DNA of 18,400 nucleotides from a virus (Duplodnaviria; Heunggongvirae; Uroviricota; Caudoviricetes): IMG/VR virus record IMGVR_UViG_2724679293_000004; one strand, 5' to 3'. Shown piece by piece: positions 14,867 to 18,400 of this stretch (position 1 is its first letter; each line of letters starts with the position of its first letter). The notes under the pieces were generated by a model. It saw only the letters and a program-made list of their open reading frames with translations, ran no database searches and was not told where the DNA came from. The position numbers and the translations under genes were made by a program.

Positions 14867-15652
14867 ATGAGTACAGCACTCGCAACGCTGGCTGGGAAGC
14901 TGGCTGAACGTGTCGGCATGGATTCTGTCGACCCACAGGAACTGATCACCACTCTTCGCCAGACGGCATTTAAAGGTGATGCCAGCGATGCGCAGTTCAT
15001 CGCATTGCTGATCGTCGCCAACCAGTACGGCCTTAATCCGTGGACGAAAGAAATTTACGCCTTCCCTGATAAGCAGAACGGCATCGTTCCGGTGGTGGGC
15101 GTTGATGGCTGGTCCCGCATCATCAACGAAAACCAGCAGTTTGATGGCATGGACTTTGAGCAGGACAATGAATCCTGCACATGCCGGATTTACCGCAAGG
15201 ACCGTAATCATCCGATCTGCGTTACCGAGTGGATGGATGAATGCCGCCGCGAACCATTCAAAACCCGCGAAGGCAGAGAAATCACGGGGCCGTGGCAGTC
15301 GCATCCCAAACGGATGTTACGTCATAAAGCCATGATTCAGTGTGCCCGTCTCGCCTTCGGATTTGCTGGTATCTATGACAAGGCTGAAGCCGAGCGCATT
15401 GTCGAAAATACCGCATACACTGCAGAACGTCAGCCGGAACGCGACATCACTCCGGTTAACGATGAAACCATGCAGGAAATTAACACTCTGCTGATCGCCC
15501 TGGATAAAACATGGGATGACGACTTATTGCCGCTCTGTTCCCAGATATTTCGCCGCGACATTCGTGCATCGTCAGAACTGACACAGGCCGAAGCAGTAAA
15601 AGCTCTTGGATTCCTGAAACAAAAAGCCACTGAACAGAAGGTGGCAGCATGA
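14867..15652 (+). CDS. bet: Bet (Red-beta) single-strand annealing recombinase
   Basis: 261 aa, same length as lambda Bet and near-identical to it from memory ([66 protein letters not shown]...). Confidence 0.9.
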   Translation: MSTALATLAGKLAERVGMDSVDPQELITTLRQTAFKGDASDAQFIALLIVANQYGLNPWTKEIYAFPDKQNGIVPVVGVDGWSRIINENQQFDGMDFEQDNESCTCRIYRKDRNHPICVTEWMDECRREPFKTREGREITGPWQSHPKRMLRHKAMIQCARLAFGFAGIYDKAEAERIVENTAYTAERQPERDITPVNDETMQEINTLLIALDKTWDDDLLPLCSQIFRRDIRASSELTQAEAVKALGFLKQKATEQKVAA

Positions 15653-16326
15653 CACCGGACATTATCCTGCAGCGTACCGGGATCGACGTGAGAGCTGTCG
15701 AACAGGGAGATGATGCGTGGCACAAATTACGGCTCGGCGTCATCACAGCTTCAGAAATTCACAACGTAATAGCAAAACCCCGATCAGGAAAGAAGTGGCC
15801 TGACATGAAAATGTCCTACTTCCACACCCTGCTGGCTGAGGTTTGCACCGGTGTGGCTCCGGAAGTTAACGCTAAGGCTCTGGCCTGGGGAAAACAGTAC
15901 GAGAACGACGCCAGAACCCTCTTTGAGTTCACTTCCGGCGTGAATGTTACTGAATCCCCGATCATCTATCGCGACGAAAGTATGCGCACCGCCTGCTCTC
16001 CCGATGGTTTATGCAGTGACGGCAACGGCCTTGAGCTGAAATGCCCGTTTACCTCCCGGGATTTCATGAAGTTCCGGCTCGGTGGTTTCGAGGCCATAAA
16101 ATCGGCTTACATGGCCCAGGTGCAGTACAGCATGTGGGTGACACGAAAAGATGCCTGGTACTTTGCCAACTATGACCCGCGCATGAAGCGTGAAGGCCTG
16201 CATTATGTCGTGATTGAGCGGAATGAAAAGTACATGGCGAGTTTTGACGAGATGGTGCCGGAGTTCATCGAAAAAATGGACGAGGCACTGGCTGAAATTG
16301 GTTTTGTATATGGGGAGCAATGGTAA
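15649..16326 (+). CDS. exo: lambda exonuclease (Red-alpha)
   Basis: 225 aa, near-identical to lambda Exo from memory ([65 protein letters not shown]...). ATGA overlap with bet. Confidence 0.9.
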   Translation: MTPDIILQRTGIDVRAVEQGDDAWHKLRLGVITASEIHNVIAKPRSGKKWPDMKMSYFHTLLAEVCTGVAPEVNAKALAWGKQYENDARTLFEFTSGVNVTESPIIYRDESMRTACSPDGLCSDGNGLELKCPFTSRDFMKFRLGGFEAIKSAYMAQVQYSMWVTRKDAWYFANYDPRMKREGLHYVVIERNEKYMASFDEMVPEFIEKMDEALAEIGFVYGEQW

Positions 16327-16508
16327 TGAAGCATCCTCACGATAATATCCGGGTAGGCACGATCACTTTCGTCTACTCCGTTACAAAGCGAGGCTGGGTA
16401 TTTCCCGGCCTTTCTGTTATCCGAAATCCACTGAAAGCACAGCGGCTGGCTGAAGAGATAAATAATAAACGAGGGGCTGTATGCACAAAGCATCTCCTGT
16501 TGAATTAA
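16326..16508 (+). CDS. exo-xis region small protein (lambda orf60a-like)
   Basis: 60 aa from the second ATG of listed ORF 16320..16508; it starts at the exo stop. Assignment by position and length only. Confidence 0.45.
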   Translation: MKHPHDNIRVGTITFVYSVTKRGWVFPGLSVIRNPLKAQRLAEEINNKRGAVCTKHLLLN

Positions 16509-16672
16509 GAACGAGTATCGGGATGGCACATAGCCTCGCTCAAATTGGAGTCAGGTTTGTGCCAATACCAGTAGAAACAGACGAAGAATTTCATACGTTA
16601 GCCACATCCCTTTCACAAAAGCTGGAAATGATGGCGGCGAAAGCAGAAGCAAACGAGAGAGACCCGGCATGA
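16481..16672 (+). CDS. exo-xis region protein (lambda orf63-like)
   Basis: 63 aa, MHKASPVELRTSIGMAHSLAQIGVRFVPIPVETDEEFHTLATSLSQKLEMMAAKAEANERDPA. Position and length match lambda orf63. Confidence 0.6.
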   Translation: MHKASPVELRTSIGMAHSLAQIGVRFVPIPVETDEEFHTLATSLSQKLEMMAAKAEANERDPA

Positions 16673-16748
16673 CAACAACAGAATGCATTTTTCTGGCAGC
16701 AGGCTTCATATTCTGTGTGCTTATGCTTGCCGACATGGGACTTGTTCA

Positions 16749-16964
16749 ATGACACCTCAGCAGGAAAACGCCCTTCGCAGCATTGCCCGTCAGGCTAATT
16801 CTGAAATCAAAAAAGCCAGACAGCAGTTTCCGGATAAAAACGTCGATGACATTTGCCGTAGCGTACTGAAGAAGCACCGCGAAACGGTAACGCTAATGGG
16901 ATTCACACCGACTCATTTAAGTCTGGCGATCGGCATGTTAAACGGCGTCTTTAAGGAGCGATGA
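16749..16964 (+). CDS. exo-xis region protein (lambda orf61-like position; 71 aa)
   Basis: Listed ORF 16683..16964; the likely start is the internal ATG at 16749 (MTPQQENALRSIARQANSEIKK...), which sits in an ATGA overlap with an upstream small ORF. Confidence 0.45.
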   Translation: MTPQQENALRSIARQANSEIKKARQQFPDKNVDDICRSVLKKHRETVTLMGFTPTHLSLAIGMLNGVFKER

Positions 16965-16985
16965 ACATGAAAAGCAAAATCATCA

Positions 16986-17010
16986 GGGAGCTACAGGCTC
17001 CTTTTTTATT
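16986..17010 (+). terminator. intrinsic terminator-like hairpin within the exo-xis region
   Basis: Stem GGAGC/GCTCC with loop TACAG, followed by TTTTTTATT. Confidence 0.45.
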
Positions 17011-17062
17011 GTTCGCATTCACCCTCAAGCGTATTAACCAACAATTCAGGGATTAATGGAAG

Positions 17063-17284
17063 ATGGCAGACATCATTGATTCAGCATCAGAAATTGAAGA
17101 ATTACAGCGCAACACAGCAATAAAAATGCACCGCCTGAACCACCAGGCTATATCTGCCACTCATTGTTGTGAGTGTGGCGATCCGATAGATGAACTAAGA
17201 CGTCTGGCCGTTCAGGGTTGTCGGACTTGTGCAAGTTGCCAAGAGGATCTGGAGCTTATCAGTAAACAGAGAGGTTCGAAGTGA
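17063..17284 (+). CDS. exo-xis region zinc-finger protein (lambda orf73-like; TraR/DksA-type C4 motif)
   Basis: 73 aa; CCECGDPIDELRRLAVQGCRTCASCQ carries a CxxC...CxxC motif. Position and length match lambda orf73. Confidence 0.55.
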   Translation: MADIIDSASEIEELQRNTAIKMHRLNHQAISATHCCECGDPIDELRRLAVQGCRTCASCQEDLELISKQRGSK

Positions 17285-17886
17285 GCGAAATTAACTCTCA
17301 GGCACTGCGTGAAGCGGCAGAGCAGGCAATGCATGACGACTGGGGATTTGATGCGGACCTTTTCCATGAGCTGGTAACACCATCGATTGTGCTGGCACTG
17401 CTGGATGAACGGGAAAGAAACCAGCAATACATCAAACGCCGCGACCAGGAGAACGAGGAAATTGCGCTAACGGTAGGGAAGCTGCGTGTTGAGCTTGAGG
17501 AAGCAAAATCAAAACTCAACGAGCAGCGTGAGTATTACGAAGGTGTTATCTCGGATGGGAGTAAACGTATTGCTGAACTGGAGAAAAGCGAAGAGCAACT
17601 CATTAACGAGCGTGACCATGCTGAGTCTGCTTTAGCTGATATGTACTTCGCAACAACCGGGGATAGGCCTGAGTGGAGTAACTGTTTCAGTTTTTCAGAT
17701 GCTGTCGATGCCGTAGTTGACAGAATTGCTGATTTAGAAGCCAAACAGCCATCGCCAGTAGTACCGGAAGAAAAACCAATGCCTAACCCTCTTAGCATGT
17801 ACACAGTTGATGCTGTTGCAGCTATTGCAGAGGTGAGAGGCTGGAACGCCTGCCGTGCAGCCATGCTTAAGGGAGATAAATCATGA
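17281..17886 (+). CDS. Ea22-like protein (coiled-coil centre)
   Basis: 201 aa; GTG start overlapping the upstream stop. Heptad-rich central region (LRVELEEAKSKLNEQREYYEG...). Assigned by position in the ea22 slot; weak. Confidence 0.4.
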   Translation: MSEINSQALREAAEQAMHDDWGFDADLFHELVTPSIVLALLDERERNQQYIKRRDQENEEIALTVGKLRVELEEAKSKLNEQREYYEGVISDGSKRIAELEKSEEQLINERDHAESALADMYFATTGDRPEWSNCFSFSDAVDAVVDRIADLEAKQPSPVVPEEKPMPNPLSMYTVDAVAAIAEVRGWNACRAAMLKGDKS

Positions 17887-18233
17887 TTAATCGAACCAAA
17901 CTGGAGCACATCCTCGAGTATGCCAGGCAGCAGAGGCGCTTTGGCCAGCTTTGTAAAATTCTGCCAGGAGATATGGTTGAAATCGTGGAGATTGCCATGC
18001 GTAAGACTGGCAACTCTCCGGTAAGTCCGGGTGGTTGGATAAGCTGTAGTGAGCGAATGCCCGCTCAAGATGATTGGATTTTAATTTATTCAAAGCACGG
18101 TGAGTATATGGCAGGACAGGTACAAGAGGAATACGTGGAGTTGAGCGACGGCACTTTATCGTGGTTAGGGAACGCCTTGTACTGGATGCTGCTACCAGAA
18201 CCGCCGCAGGGAGTGAATGATGAATTGGCCTGA
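17883..18233 (+). CDS. DUF551-like prophage protein
   Basis: 116 aa; the C-terminal pattern W..CSERMPAQDDWILIY....W.GNALYWMLLPEPP resembles DUF551 (memory). Confidence 0.45.
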   Translation: MINRTKLEHILEYARQQRRFGQLCKILPGDMVEIVEIAMRKTGNSPVSPGGWISCSERMPAQDDWILIYSKHGEYMAGQVQEEYVELSDGTLSWLGNALYWMLLPEPPQGVNDELA

Positions 18234-18307
18234 AGCATTCACCGCTGTAGGAGTTGCAATCGCGGTGGCATTTATTCTGTATTCGCTTTTCCGCTGGGGA
18301 TAAAGGA

Positions 18308-18400
18308 ATGTTCGCTCTGATTCAACGTGGTCAGATATACACCGATAGCGCCGGCTACCCGATAAAAATTCTTCGCTGCATAAACAACACTGTGTTGTAC
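18308..18400 (+). CDS. hypothetical protein, 5' end only (runs off the right edge)
   Basis: ATG at 18308, open through 18400 (MFALIQRGQIYTDSAGYPIKILRCINNTVLY...). SD spacing is poor. Confidence 0.25.
   Translation, partial: MFALIQRGQIYTDSAGYPIKILRCINNTVLY

Noticed and set aside
14593..15304. ORFs 14593..14907, 14749..15021, 14828..15304 and 15102..15335
   Set aside because: Alternative frames or antisense to gam and bet, which match lambda proteins nearly residue for residue.
16960..17056. About 31-aa ORF (MNMKSKIIRELQAPFLLFAFTLKRINQQFRD) between the orf61-like and orf73-like genes
   Set aside because: Its centre is the GGAGC/GCTCC hairpin plus T-run of a terminator-like structure, so the region more probably acts at the RNA level.
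17298..18093. Minus-strand ORFs 17298..17519, 17535..18068 and 17887..18093
   Set aside because: Antisense to the translationally coupled plus-strand exo-xis region genes; Ser/Ala-rich composition typical of antisense frames.
1..18400. tRNA genes, integrase or attachment sites
   Set aside because: No tRNA-like sequence was found in the Q-to-holin interval or elsewhere; int, xis and att would lie beyond the right edge of the window.

Overview
This window is a mosaic lambdoid prophage or phage segment, from a draft-quality assembly (N runs at 1074-1080 and 10317, each flanked by an exact tandem duplication). All identifications are from reading the sequence and recalled protein families; no database search was run. 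Left to right: a minus-strand lysis cassette (partial SAR endolysin, S21-like pinholin); an AT-rich unknown membrane-protein gene; a Q-like late antiterminator; an oppositely oriented, AT-rich LpxR-like outer-membrane lipid A deacylase gene; a nin region (ninH, rusA, ybcO-like, Rha/Ant antirepressor, ninF, unknown, ninE, ninB, unknown); ren, P, and O with an iteron origin; a cII-like gene, cro, OR, a P22 c2-type repressor, OL/PL, nutL and an N gene with a phi21-type arginine-rich motif; two unknown AT-rich ORFs bracketed by terminators; then lambda-like ea10, cIII, kil, gam, bet, exo and exo-xis region ORFs. The best candidates for undescribed functions are the two unknown ORFs in the N-to-ea10 slot (12680-13753) and the membrane protein between Q and the holin (1475-2233); neither can be assigned a function from sequence alone. 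Other points worth checking are the six-iteron origin, a frame-disrupted long form of gam, and a possible plus-strand promoter-terminator unit antisense to the lysis-gene leader.
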